Origin: Candidatus Latescibacterota bacterium
Lineage (GTDB): Bacteria > Latescibacterota > UBA2968 > UBA8231
DNA: 64,000 bases
Reading direction: 5' to 3'
Assembly (NCBI GenBank): GCA_965204725.1
Contig: OZ242005.1
Location: 1,408,001 to 1,472,000, forward strand
Below the pieces are notes generated by a model. The model was not told the origin of the DNA. It did not search any database and saw only the letters and a program-made list of their open reading frames with translations. Shown here piece by piece: positions 20,303 through 29,978 of this stretch. A program made the position numbers and the translations under genes. Each line of letters starts with the position of its first letter. Positions within the stretch are counted from its first letter, which is position 1.

Positions 20303-21451
20303 ATGGACAAATCAACGAGACGTCAGTTTCTCAAGTCGAGCGGGGCTGTTATCGCCACGGCGATCTTTCCCGCTTGGGGTTGCGACGGCAACGAGGTGCG
20401 CTTCAAGAGCATGCCCACCGGGCCGGACATGGACCTAGGCATGGATCTGGAGGAGATGCCCGCGGAAGAGGCCCTGCCGCTGCCGCCGATTACCTCTAAT
20501 GCGCGGCACTACCTCCAGTCGATTAAAGGGACCAACTACGATCCGCGCTTGGGGGCCGATAGCTGGCGCTTGGCGGTGAATGGGTTGGTGGATCAGCCCC
20601 ACGCCGGCTGGACGTACGCGGATATTATTGCGCTGCCCATGCGCCGGCAGGTCTTGACCATGCAGTGCATTGGCAACTGGATCGGCGGGCCGTTGGTGGG
20701 CAATGCCGAGTGGGGCGGTACGCCGCTTGCCGAGGTCCTCGATCGCGCCGGGATCAAGAGCGAGGCGATCCGGGTCAAGTTTTACAGCGTCGATGGCTAT
20801 ACCACCTCGATTCCGCTGGATCGTGCGCTCCGCGACGAGGTGATTCTCGCTTGGGAAATGAACGGCGAGCCGCTGCCCTCCAAGCACGGGTTTCCCCTGC
20901 GCTTGATAAACCCCGGGCACTACGGGCAGAAGATGCCCAAGTGGATCACCCGCATTGAGCTGATTGACGAAGTCCATCTCGGCTATTGGGAGAGCAAGCC
21001 CGAGAACAAGCCCTTCAAGTGGTCGGACGCGGCCGTGGCGACCGTGAACTCGCGGATTGACGCGCCTCTCTCGGTGTGGGACGATGTGAAAGACCCGGCC
21101 AATGGCGGCGTTTCCGTCGTGCTGCAAACCCTGCGCGGGGCCCAAGGTCGCCCCTTTGTCATTCACGGGATCGCCATGGCTGGCGAGCGCACGGTCGAAA
21201 AGGTTGAGGTCAGCACCAATGGCGGGCGGTCTTGGGTCGAGGCGCAGATTACCACGCAGCGCTTGCCCAACATTTGGGTCACTTGGGCCTACGAATGGAA
21301 ATTGCCCGCCACGGGCGAGTACCAAATCGTCGCGCGAGCAACCGATAGCGCGGGGGACGTGCAGCCGGAAGAGGATGCCGGTGCCGACCTGTACGATGGC
21401 CGCACGGGCTGGCACCGCGTGCGGGTGAAGGTTGCGAGCAGAGCAGGGTAA
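20303..21451 (+). CDS. Tat-exported sulfite oxidase-family molybdopterin oxidoreductase (lipoprotein)
   Basis: TRRQFLK Tat motif, AWGC lipobox, Mo ligand MQCIGN, MNGEPLPSKHGFPLR, Ig-like dimerisation domain. Confidence 0.88.
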   Translation: MDKSTRRQFLKSSGAVIATAIFPAWGCDGNEVRFKSMPTGPDMDLGMDLEEMPAEEALPLPPITSNARHYLQSIKGTNYDPRLGADSWRLAVNGLVDQPHAGWTYADIIALPMRRQVLTMQCIGNWIGGPLVGNAEWGGTPLAEVLDRAGIKSEAIRVKFYSVDGYTTSIPLDRALRDEVILAWEMNGEPLPSKHGFPLRLINPGHYGQKMPKWITRIELIDEVHLGYWESKPENKPFKWSDAAVATVNSRIDAPLSVWDDVKDPANGGVSVVLQTLRGAQGRPFVIHGIAMAGERTVEKVEVSTNGGRSWVEAQITTQRLPNIWVTWAYEWKLPATGEYQIVARATDSAGDVQPEEDAGADLYDGRTGWHRVRVKVASRAG

Positions 21452-21460
21452 GCGGCGCGT

Positions 21461-21748
21461 CTAGGCTGGGGGGAACCAGTCCTGTATCTTGCGGCAGATC
21501 GTGTGCGCTTGGGCCGGGCTTGACAGCTCGAACTTGCTGCGTTGCAGAAAGGTCCCGTCGCGCTTCTGATAGCGGCGAATGGATATTTTGTGCGGGCCGT
21601 ACTCGCCGGTTTTGCGGTCGAGGTCTTGGTAGAGGTACATGATCGTCGTCCAAGCCCCCTTGCTGAGCACTTCCTTGGCTACTTCCCGGCGCAAGACTTT
21701 GCCGTTTTCCTCGTAGTGGATGGTGAGTTCGTCAATCGTTTCGGCCAT
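21461..21748 (-). CDS. Conserved small hypothetical protein
   Basis: Clean 95-aa ORF (LSKGAWTTIMYLYQD...RRYQKR). Confidence 0.7.
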   Translation of the reverse strand: MAETIDELTIHYEENGKVLRREVAKEVLSKGAWTTIMYLYQDLDRKTGEYGPHKISIRRYQKRDGTFLQRSKFELSSPAQAHTICRKIQDWFPPA

Positions 21749-21809
21749 TGTTGATCTTCTGAGTTTTGGATTGAAGGTTGGCGTACTGCGCGGTGCTGTT
21801 GTCTATTAT

Positions 21810-21866
21810 ATGGAATATGGAATAACGGGCAAGAGCGGCCTAGTTACTGGAGCATCCTCCGGTCGA
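21810..21866 (+). pseudogene. N-terminal remnant of an SDR oxidoreductase
   Basis: MEYGITGKSGLVTGASSG is a classic SDR start, cut off next to the toxin gene. Confidence 0.5.
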
Positions 21867-21894
21867 GCGTACCCCTTGAGTCCAAGAGATCACG

Positions 21895-22239
21895 TCAATA
21901 CTCGATAATCGCCGCGATTGCGCTAACGATTGAACGCATATCCGTTTCAGAGATACTGCCCACTTTTTCACTGATCCGCCGCGTATCAACTCCACGCAGT
22001 TGTAATATATCAGCCACAGATGGCTTAGTCAGTCCATTGGTGTGATCGGGCACCAGCTTGACGAGCCAAATTTTATGCTCAAAATGATGTTTCCACTCGG
22101 TCAGTGGAGCGACCAACCGAATTGGCAATGTGCCGACCCAATCGGAGTTAATAACAACGGCGGGACGGGTCTTGCGAATTTCTGTGCCGCGAGTTGGGTC
22201 GAGATTCACTTGCCATATTTCGCCGCGTTTAATGCACAT
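21895..22239 (-). CDS. PemK/MazF-family endoribonuclease toxin
   Basis: KRGEIWQVNLDPTRGTEIRKTRPAVVI, NGLTKPS...QLR. Confidence 0.92.
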   Translation of the reverse strand: MCIKRGEIWQVNLDPTRGTEIRKTRPAVVINSDWVGTLPIRLVAPLTEWKHHFEHKIWLVKLVPDHTNGLTKPSVADILQLRGVDTRRISEKVGSISETDMRSIVSAIAAIIEY

Positions 22240-23272
22240 CTATGAAATCCCCTGCCTGCCATTCCGTTTGCTCGTCCCTCGTCCTTTCGTAGTAGCTCTT
22301 TAGCTGTTCTGCTTGCTGGGCCAAAATTTGGCGACGCTCCTCAAGTGAGAGCTGCATAAAATCCACTTGCGATAGCGTTTCTTGGTCTTTGTCGCCGCGA
22401 TCTTGCGAAAGGCGATCGCTTGAGTCCCCTTTGAGGCTATCCATAACGCGAGCGATTTCCCTTGGACAATAACTGTCTATCAATGGTTTTGTGTCGCCGA
22501 ACATCCACTGACGAAAGTCAGACATTTCTTTTTTATCTTTAGAGGCAATCGCATCCGCGAATGCCAACGAAATCAAGTAGTCTAAGTCGTGTTTTGTGTT
22601 CATCAAGTTTTCCGTAGATGCTTCGTGTATATTTCTACCTCGATACTGACTGTAGCAGTACATGACAAGGAACGATTTGCTAAGATGCCATATAGCCCAA
22701 GTTTCATCTACGTCATTAACGTTTATTATGGAGCAAATTCTACTTGGATCGTTGACGAAGTCGTAGAAAAATTGTACGACTTCTTTATCACAGATTTGTT
22801 TTCCTCGAATCTTTTCTTTTTCTTTCTCAGTAAATAGTTCTATATCTGTGAGATCCTTAAACGTTTCAATTATACGATAGTCTTCTCTGTTTCGCTTAGC
22901 TTGATCAATTATCTTTTTTGAATCGGAAGGTTTCCACTGTGGATCATTTGCTAGCATTTTTTTCAGGCATTCGGTCGTTTTATCATCTAAAGGATCGCCA
23001 CACGGACATTTCTTAGTAAGCTCGAATCTCCACATCTCGGATACATGTTTCCAGACCTCGATATAATCCCGGTGCTCCGCCAACTTGACCTTTGATTCGG
23101 ACCATTTGCGGGAATCATCAGTGCTGCTAAAAAGCTCGTAAGTTAAAGTGTCGATTAGCACGATACGACCGCCTTGTTCACGCATGGTACGCAATGGCGC
23201 ACCATCTCTGCTCATGCCGCGAATGTAGCTGGCATCAATGATAATGCGTGGATTTTTCGCTTGTTCGTTCAT
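22229..23272 (-). CDS. Low-GC hypothetical protein, PIN-like N-terminus and antitoxin-like C-terminal tail
   Basis: RIIIDASYI start and D-x-DY...DAIASKD; C-tail FMQLSLEERRQILAQQAE...YY; overlaps the toxin start. Confidence 0.6.
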   Translation of the reverse strand: MNEQAKNPRIIIDASYIRGMSRDGAPLRTMREQGGRIVLIDTLTYELFSSTDDSRKWSESKVKLAEHRDYIEVWKHVSEMWRFELTKKCPCGDPLDDKTTECLKKMLANDPQWKPSDSKKIIDQAKRNREDYRIIETFKDLTDIELFTEKEKEKIRGKQICDKEVVQFFYDFVNDPSRICSIINVNDVDETWAIWHLSKSFLVMYCYSQYRGRNIHEASTENLMNTKHDLDYLISLAFADAIASKDKKEMSDFRQWMFGDTKPLIDSYCPREIARVMDSLKGDSSDRLSQDRGDKDQETLSQVDFMQLSLEERRQILAQQAEQLKSYYERTRDEQTEWQAGDFIDVH

Positions 23273-23499
23273 TTTCTTCCTTTCAGAATCAGTTGATCCA
23301 ATGGGTTGGGTTTAATCGATAAGGATAAATGATCAGCAGGACCTCTCAATAAGTACCTGATACGCAAGCCTACCGGACTGTCCCGGCCCCCATTGGTCAA
23401 AAGGCACTGTATTCATTAGCTTTTCCTCTGCGATTAAACGGATTGACGAGTAAAAAATGTATGCTAAATGAAGCTAAAAAACAACGTCAAGAGCCTCTT

Positions 23500-26400
23500 A
23501 TGAAGCTGGACATTCAGGACAAATTTCTACAGCGCGATGGCCGGGTCTTTCTCACGGGCGTGGAGGCGATTGTGCGCCTCGTGCGCGAAAAGCAGGAGCG
23601 CGACCAAGCCACCGGCCACGTCAACCAGACCTATTTCACCGGCTATGAGGGGTCGCCGCTGGGAGGGCTAGACCTGAAGCTGGTCGCTCAGTTCGACGCG
23701 CTCAACGAGCTGGGGCGCACAGTGCATCAGTTCGGCATCAACGAGAAAACCGCGGCCTCGGCCGTATTGGGCAGCCAGTTTGCGGCGAGCGGGGACGTGG
23801 ATGCCTTTTGGTATGGCAAAGCACACGGCACGATGTGGATTCCCGACGAAGTGTGGTTGGCCAACCTCAGCGGCACCAGTGCCCGCGGCGCGATGGTCCT
23901 GCTATCGGGAGAAGATCACCGCTCCAAAAGCTCGGTCTCACCTGGGGCCAGCGATTGGGTGTTGCGCAGCAGCATGGTGCCGATTTTCTATCCGGCCAGC
24001 ATTGAGGACGTCATTCGCTTAGGGCTGCACGCGGTTGCTTTGTCGCGTCACGCCGGCGTGGTAACCGCGCTCAAGCTAGCGACGCCGGTGTGCGATGGCG
24101 CGAGCACGGTGGACTTGGAGCGCGTGCGGCCAGACATCGCATTGCCCGAGCGCGCGTTTGCCAAGCGGTTCAACCAGATCGTCATGGCTACGGGCGCGTT
24201 GCCCATGCAGCAGCAACTCGTGGAGGAAAAGTGGCCGCTGGTGGAAGCCTATATCCGCGCCAACGACCTCAACCGCATCGTGGATGCGGACGCCGGCGGC
24301 GGAGTCGGCATTGTGGCCGTGGGCAAGAGCTACGCGGATGTCCGGCAGGCCCTTTCCTACTTGGGGTTGCGTGTGCCGGTGTTGCACCTCGCGGTGAGCT
24401 ACCCGCTCGACGGCGAAATCGTGCGCACCTTCGCCCAAGATCTACGGCGCATCTACGTGGTTGAGGAGCCTGGCCCGTTTGTCGAAGAGGGCGTCAAAGC
24501 CGCGCTGTGGGGCGCGGGTGTGGAGGCGGTGTACGGCCAGTGGGACGAGGACGGGCAGCCGCTGATTCCGGCGCACGGCGAGGTCGATCCAGAGGAATTG
24601 GCACTCAAGCTCGGGCCTCGTCTGTCGGCGGATCCCGAGCGTCACGCCGCGCTGCAGCGCGTACTCGACCGCACCTATCCAGCCGTGCCCCGCGTCACGC
24701 CCATGTCCTGCGGCGGCTGTCCGTACAACAGCTTCCGCGACTTGCGCGAAAAGCCCGGGGGAGCCATTGGCTGCTCCTCCATCCGGGCGATTGAATCCTA
24801 CGACTCCGGCGTTCTCTACATCCCCACGATGGGGGCGGGCGGTGCCATTTACAGCGGATGGGCCCCCTTCAACGGCAACCAGCACATCTATCAATACTTG
24901 GGCGACGGGAGCTACTTCCACAGCGGCCGCGGCGCGATCCAAAGCTGCGTTCAAGGCGAGGTGAACATCACCTTCCTGCTGCTTTTTAATGGGGCGGTCG
25001 CGCTCACCGGCGGGCAGACGCCCGGCGGGCAGCGGCCGGTGTCGGATGTCGTACAGGAGCTATTGGGGTTGGGGGTCGTGAAGGTGGGAATCGTCAGCGA
25101 GGACCCGGGGCGCTACCGCCACTTGGATGGGGAGCGGATTGAGGTGTTCGGCTTGGAGCGCCACGCCCAAGCCCTAGCGCAGTTTAAGGCAATCGCCGGG
25201 ACGACCGTGCTCATTCTCGACAAGGAATGCGCTACCGAGAAGGGCCGGCGTCGCCGCCGCGCGGGGTTGACGCCCGACGAATACGTGCTCATTGACGAGG
25301 CCATTTGCGAGGGCTGCGGCGACTGTTATGCCCAGTCCGAAGGGTGCGCCGCGCTCTACAGCGTGGCGACTGAGTTTGGCGACAAGACTCAGGTGCGGCA
25401 GGCCCAGTGCGCCCAAGACGGGCTGTGCATTGACGGCGAGTGCCCGTCCTTTGCCGTGGTCAAGCCAGCTAAGGGCACGCGCTTGCGCCGCCGGCGGCCG
25501 GAGCCTTTGGGCGAGCTGCCCGAGCCGCCCGTGTGCCCGCTGGACCGGCCGTACGCGATCTTCGCCATGGGGCGAGGCGGAACGGGGGTGGTGACGATTT
25601 CTCATCTCATTGCGTACGCGGCCATGATGGAGGGCCAGTACGTGTATTTGTCCAACAATACTGGCTTGGCGCAAAAGGGCGGGCCGGTCGAAGCACCGAT
25701 TGTGATAAGTGCCGCCGAGCAGCCCGTGTTCAACCGCCTCTTTCCCGGGGAGGTCGATCTGTACTTGGGGTTTGACTTGCTGCGGGCGGCCGAGCCGGAC
25801 AACCTCAAATACGCCGCGACCCAGCGCACCCGCGCCTTGGTCAGCACCGCTGAAATCGCCAATGCGGCCATGAATCGCAACCCGCGCACCCAACCCTTTC
25901 CCGACGCGGCCCAACTGCGCGCCCTGATCGACCGCTGCACGAGCAAGGACAACATCTACCTCGATACCTACTGGCTGGCCGAGCGGCTTTTCTCGGATAC
26001 AATTTTCGCCAACATGCTCCTGTTGGGGGCTGCGTATCAGGCCGGGGGGTTGCCCTTACAGGCGGCCTCCATTGAGCAGGCCATCGCCCTAAACGCGCAG
26101 GCTGTGGAAAACAACGTGCAGGCTTTTCGCTGGGGGCGGTTGGCCGTGGCCGATCCGGCGCGCGTGGAGCGGGCGTTGGGTGCTCAGCAAGGGTCCGCAG
26201 TGCAAGAGTTGGCCGCAGTGCGGGAGCGGCTGGCGCGGGATGTGGCCGCTCGGGCGCTGCTTGACGAGGGGTTGGCGGCGTTGGCGGGTTTGAATGCGGA
26301 GGGGCAGCAGGAGCTGGGGGTGCGGCTGGCCGAGCTGTGCGCGTATCAGGACGTCGCGTATGCCGAGGGCTACTTGCGGTTTGTGCGCCAAGTGTGGGAA

Positions 26401-26922
26401 GCCGATCGGGGCCTGTCGCACGGCTTGCAGCTCACGCGGGCCGTGGTGCGCGGCCTGTACAAGCTGATGGCGTATAAGGACGAATACGAGGTCGCGCGGT
26501 TGGCGACGCGCAACGGCAGCGAAGAGCGAATGCGCGCCCTGTTCGACGGGGAGGTGGAAGTCGTCCGGCAACTGCATCCGCCCACGCTGCGGCGTTTGCT
26601 CAAGGGCAAGATCGGCTTCGGCAAGGGCCTGCGTCCGGTGCTGGTGCTGCTGAGCCGGCTCAAGGGGTTGCGCGCTACGCGCTTGGACCCGTTCGGGTAC
26701 ACGGCGACCCGTCGCTTGGAACGCGCCTTGGTGGGTTGGTACTGCGGGTTGATTGAAGAGGTCTTACCGGCATTGGCCGAAGAAGGCTATGGGCTGGCCG
26801 TGGAAATCGCCGAATTGCCGGATGGCATTCGCGGGTACGAGCAGGTAAAAGAGGCGTCGGCGGCCCAAGCCAAGCAGCGAGCCGAGCGCTTGTTGACAAA
26901 GTTGCGTGCCCAACGCGCTTAG
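23500..26922 (+). CDS. Fused indolepyruvate:ferredoxin oxidoreductase family protein
   Basis: GYEGSPLGG, CGGCP, TPP motif GDGSYFHSG, ferredoxin CEGCGDC...CIDGECPS, GLAQKGG, KLMAYKDEYEVAR. Confidence 0.92.
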   Translation: MKLDIQDKFLQRDGRVFLTGVEAIVRLVREKQERDQATGHVNQTYFTGYEGSPLGGLDLKLVAQFDALNELGRTVHQFGINEKTAASAVLGSQFAASGDVDAFWYGKAHGTMWIPDEVWLANLSGTSARGAMVLLSGEDHRSKSSVSPGASDWVLRSSMVPIFYPASIEDVIRLGLHAVALSRHAGVVTALKLATPVCDGASTVDLERVRPDIALPERAFAKRFNQIVMATGALPMQQQLVEEKWPLVEAYIRANDLNRIVDADAGGGVGIVAVGKSYADVRQALSYLGLRVPVLHLAVSYPLDGEIVRTFAQDLRRIYVVEEPGPFVEEGVKAALWGAGVEAVYGQWDEDGQPLIPAHGEVDPEELALKLGPRLSADPERHAALQRVLDRTYPAVPRVTPMSCGGCPYNSFRDLREKPGGAIGCSSIRAIESYDSGVLYIPTMGAGGAIYSGWAPFNGNQHIYQYLGDGSYFHSGRGAIQSCVQGEVNITFLLLFNGAVALTGGQTPGGQRPVSDVVQELLGLGVVKVGIVSEDPGRYRHLDGERIEVFGLERHAQALAQFKAIAGTTVLILDKECATEKGRRRRRAGLTPDEYVLIDEAICEGCGDCYAQSEGCAALYSVATEFGDKTQVRQAQCAQDGLCIDGECPSFAVVKPAKGTRLRRRRPEPLGELPEPPVCPLDRPYAIFAMGRGGTGVVTISHLIAYAAMMEGQYVYLSNNTGLAQKGGPVEAPIVISAAEQPVFNRLFPGEVDLYLGFDLLRAAEPDNLKYAATQRTRALVSTAEIANAAMNRNPRTQPFPDAAQLRALIDRCTSKDNIYLDTYWLAERLFSDTIFANMLLLGAAYQAGGLPLQAASIEQAIALNAQAVENNVQAFRWGRLAVADPARVERALGAQQGSAVQELAAVRERLARDVAARALLDEGLAALAGLNAEGQQELGVRLAELCAYQDVAYAEGYLRFVRQVWEADRGLSHGLQLTRAVVRGLYKLMAYKDEYEVARLATRNGSEERMRALFDGEVEVVRQLHPPTLRRLLKGKIGFGKGLRPVLVLLSRLKGLRATRLDPFGYTATRRLERALVGWYCGLIEEVLPALAEEGYGLAVEIAELPDGIRGYEQVKEASAAQAKQRAERLLTKLRAQRA

Positions 26923-26968
26923 AAAGAAGAGAGGGTCAGCCGGGCTCGACGGGTTTGGCCACCCCGGC

Positions 26969-27661
26969 TTACGTGCCTTCTTCGGGTTCAATTACCTCAA
27001 TACCCGACTGACGCAGGGCTTGCGCCCGATAGCTATAGATACTCGCCGTAGCGAGAATGACCCGCGCCGGGGCTATCCCGGTCGCCTCGGTGTATAGCTG
27101 ACGCTTGCGCTCCAGACGCTCTTGGATCGTGGCCCCCACACTGGCGGCGATTTCGACGAGAATATGCTGGTGATCGACAATGACCACGTCAAATTGTTCG
27201 CCCTCCAGTTCGCGCTCCTCGACCGTGGCCCCAAAGGATTCCTCTAACAGGGCCGCCATGGTGCGCCGGAAGACGCTTTCGTTGCGGATGCCCCAACGCG
27301 CCCCCAGCCGATCAATGGCGCGAAAGACTTCATCAAACCGCTGCTCCATCCCCTCGAACCGCTGCTCCATCCCCTCGAACCGCTGATTCACCTCCTCAAA
27401 CCGCTGCTCCACCGCGTCGCGAAACGCATCTATACGTGCATCTATTTGCTCAAAGCGTCGATCTACTTGCTCAAAGCGTTGGTCCATCTCGGCCCGCAAT
27501 TCCTGCAACTCCTGCAGCACCATGGCGACCTCTTCGCGGCGGGCAAACGCCCCCAAGAAGCCTTGGTAAATCAGCGGCTCGAGGTCGGGGCGGCGGTCCA
27601 GCAGGTCGGGTAGTTGCCGGTTGAACAGATCAATCAGTTCTTCATCGCTAAAGGTTTTCAT
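26969..27661 (-). CDS. Coiled-coil protein with C-terminal PD-(D/E)XK-like domain (DUF3782-like)
   Basis: Heptad repeats (EQRFEGM), LGARWGIRNESVFR, FDVVI...LVEI. Confidence 0.7.
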   Translation of the reverse strand: MKTFSDEELIDLFNRQLPDLLDRRPDLEPLIYQGFLGAFARREEVAMVLQELQELRAEMDQRFEQVDRRFEQIDARIDAFRDAVEQRFEEVNQRFEGMEQRFEGMEQRFDEVFRAIDRLGARWGIRNESVFRRTMAALLEESFGATVEERELEGEQFDVVIVDHQHILVEIAASVGATIQERLERKRQLYTEATGIAPARVILATASIYSYRAQALRQSGIEVIEPEEGT

Positions 27662-27844
27662 CGCTCTCGCGCCTTTTTTAAGCCCAAATCAGTTGAGGGG
27701 ATGTCGCAATCCCCTAGGTCCGAGATTCGCAAGGCTGCAAGATCTTGTCAAGAGTTGCGCTTGGGTTCGGCCTCGCGGGTGCGAGCAGGTGGCGAGCAAG
27801 CGGGCCGAGTGCTTGTTGACAAGCTGCGGTTCCGAGCTATCTGC

Positions 27845-28681
27845 TTAAAAATTGAGCAAAACCGGCTGGCGCGTCCTCAGTGCTTGCCGCAGACCGCCGA
27901 GCAGGGCTTGGCTGCGGTCGTCTGAGTGCTCGCTCGGGGGATTCTCTTGCTCGCAAAAGTCGCGCAACCACGCGAGTTCGTCCGGGGGGGCTGTGGCGTC
28001 GGGCACGACGTGGGTTCCCTTGGGGCTGGCTAGCGTAATCCCGCTGTGCGCAGCACTGGCTGCGATTACGCCGCCTTGGCCCAGCAAGGTCAGTTCGGCG
28101 AGCGCAGGCTGAGGAGCGACGACTAGCTGGAGTGCCGCGCCGCTGGGCGTGGTGCCCGTCAGCACTACTTGGTAGGCGCGGCCATGGCGGTTGGCACAAA
28201 GATGTACTTGGGCAGGAGTCGCGCTCAGCAGGTCGCTGGCAAAGGCGAGCTGACGACAAGCGGCCCACCAAGCCGGCAGCAATCCCGGCTCTTGGACGCC
28301 GGCCACGAGGCGCAAATAGACCGGCTCGGCAAACAAAGGATCGCGTCGCTGCTGCAGTGCCTTGGCAAACAGGGGCGACCCGCGATGGACGCCGCCGCTG
28401 GCAATGGGCCGATCGGCCTTGGGCACTGGCCCGGCGCAGAGGACGGCGATGTCGGCTTGGAGGCAGGTGCGGACATCGTTGTGGAGGTCGGCATAGGGCG
28501 AGAGGAAAGCGCAGACCCGGGGGTTGGTCGCTTGGAGTAGGGTCGGCAAGTCGCTAAAAAAAGGCAGGGCGGTGCTGGTTTGCCGCCGCACTGGATAGTA
28601 CAGGCTCTCGACTGGCAGGACGGCGGCGAGTTGGCCGACGAGGGGGTCGAGGGCGGGATGGGCACTGAGGGCGATGGTCAT
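27845..28681 (-). CDS. Hypothetical protein, possibly degenerate oxidoreductase-like
   Basis: ORF coupled (ATGA) to the upstream Gfo/Idh/MocA gene. Confidence 0.5.
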   Translation of the reverse strand: MTIALSAHPALDPLVGQLAAVLPVESLYYPVRRQTSTALPFFSDLPTLLQATNPRVCAFLSPYADLHNDVRTCLQADIAVLCAGPVPKADRPIASGGVHRGSPLFAKALQQRRDPLFAEPVYLRLVAGVQEPGLLPAWWAACRQLAFASDLLSATPAQVHLCANRHGRAYQVVLTGTTPSGAALQLVVAPQPALAELTLLGQGGVIAASAAHSGITLASPKGTHVVPDATAPPDELAWLRDFCEQENPPSEHSDDRSQALLGGLRQALRTRQPVLLNF

Positions 28682-29814
28682 AGCTCTTGCTCCAGCGGCA
28701 GGTTAATGGCCGCGTTGCACTCGATGGCGCGGTAGCCAGCGAGGATGATTTCCATCAAATCCCGCGCTTGGCGCACGCCGTAGCGCGGCGGGCGGTCGGC
28801 GTCGATAGCGGCGATCAAATCGTCGAGCCCGGCGGCTAGGCCGGCTACGTCCTCGGATAGGGCGGCCGTTGGGACGGGCGGCCCGCCGTGCCACTGCATG
28901 GGATCTTGGGGAGCGGGCCGATAGTCGTAGCCGGTGCTATAGGCGCGCAGATAGGCGTCTAGTGCCGGCCTTTTGCCGTCGATGGTGGCGCTCTGGCGGG
29001 TGCCGATTAGGTACGCCCGCGCCGGTCCGCCTTGGGGATGGGAGGCCGTGCCAATGCGCCCGCCGCTCAAGGTGGCCACGCGCCCGGCGGCATCGGTCAT
29101 AGTCAGAGTGCCAAAGTCGTCGCAGCCATGGGCGGCATGTTCGGGGAAGAAGAAGGCTCCGGCGTGGCCGACGACGTGGCGGATTGGGCCGAGGCATTCT
29201 TGGATTAGGCCGACAGCATACGCTCCCACCGTGAGCAACTCTCTTTTGATGTCTGGGTATTTCCACCGGCCGTTGGGGGTGACAAAGGCGCGGCGTTGGG
29301 TTATGGGGCGCGGCCAGCCCTTGCCGAACATCACATCGACGTGGACGCCGAGCAGGGTGCCCAAGTCGCTGCTCGCGAGGACTTGGCGGGTGTGCTGGGC
29401 GAGGGTGCCGTAGGCGTAACCGGGGATAATCGCCCGGACGCCGGTGCGCTCGACCGCGGCGGCAGACGCCTCGGACTCGGCGAGGGTGGCCCCGGGGAAC
29501 TTGTCGATCCACAAGTGCTTGCCGGCCTCGGCGGCGCGGATGATGAGTGCGGACCGCCGCTCGATCTCGCAGCCGACGCTGACGATGTGGACGGCCGGGT
29601 CGTTGATGGACTCGTTGAGCCGCTCTGAGTACGGTACGTCGAGTTGGCTCGCCCATTGCTGGTTGTAGCGGCGCAAGTCTGGGTCGAGGTCGGGGTAATC
29701 GGTGACGCCGATGATGCGCAGGCGGGGATGGGCCTGATACAGGGGGACGAAGTGCTGCTGGTGGCTGTGTTTGCTAAAGCTGACCAGTAGGATGCCGTAC
29801 CTCTCAGCGGACAT
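28678..29814 (-). CDS. Gfo/Idh/MocA-family oxidoreductase
   Basis: AAEAGKHLWIDK motif and Rossmann-like N-terminus. Confidence 0.8.
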   Translation of the reverse strand: MSAERYGILLVSFSKHSHQQHFVPLYQAHPRLRIIGVTDYPDLDPDLRRYNQQWASQLDVPYSERLNESINDPAVHIVSVGCEIERRSALIIRAAEAGKHLWIDKFPGATLAESEASAAAVERTGVRAIIPGYAYGTLAQHTRQVLASSDLGTLLGVHVDVMFGKGWPRPITQRRAFVTPNGRWKYPDIKRELLTVGAYAVGLIQECLGPIRHVVGHAGAFFFPEHAAHGCDDFGTLTMTDAAGRVATLSGGRIGTASHPQGGPARAYLIGTRQSATIDGKRPALDAYLRAYSTGYDYRPAPQDPMQWHGGPPVPTAALSEDVAGLAAGLDDLIAAIDADRPPRYGVRQARDLMEIILAGYRAIECNAAINLPLEQEL

Positions 29815-29924
29815 GATTTCCTCGTTGTCTCTTGGGGCCTAGGCGTGGTAATGCAGACGGACATAGTATAACAGCCCGGCGGATGATCGCCAAAAGAGCG
29901 GCTTAGGGGGTTCGGCTTGTTCAC

Positions 29925-29954
29925 TTGACAGCAATCGTCCTCCGCGCCTATTCT
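29925..29954 (+). promoter_or_regulatory. Sigma-70-type promoter
   Basis: TTGACA-N18-TATTCT followed by AGGAGG RBS and ATG at 29979. Confidence 0.5.
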
Positions 29955-29978
29955 AGCGTTCCACACAAGGAGGAAATA

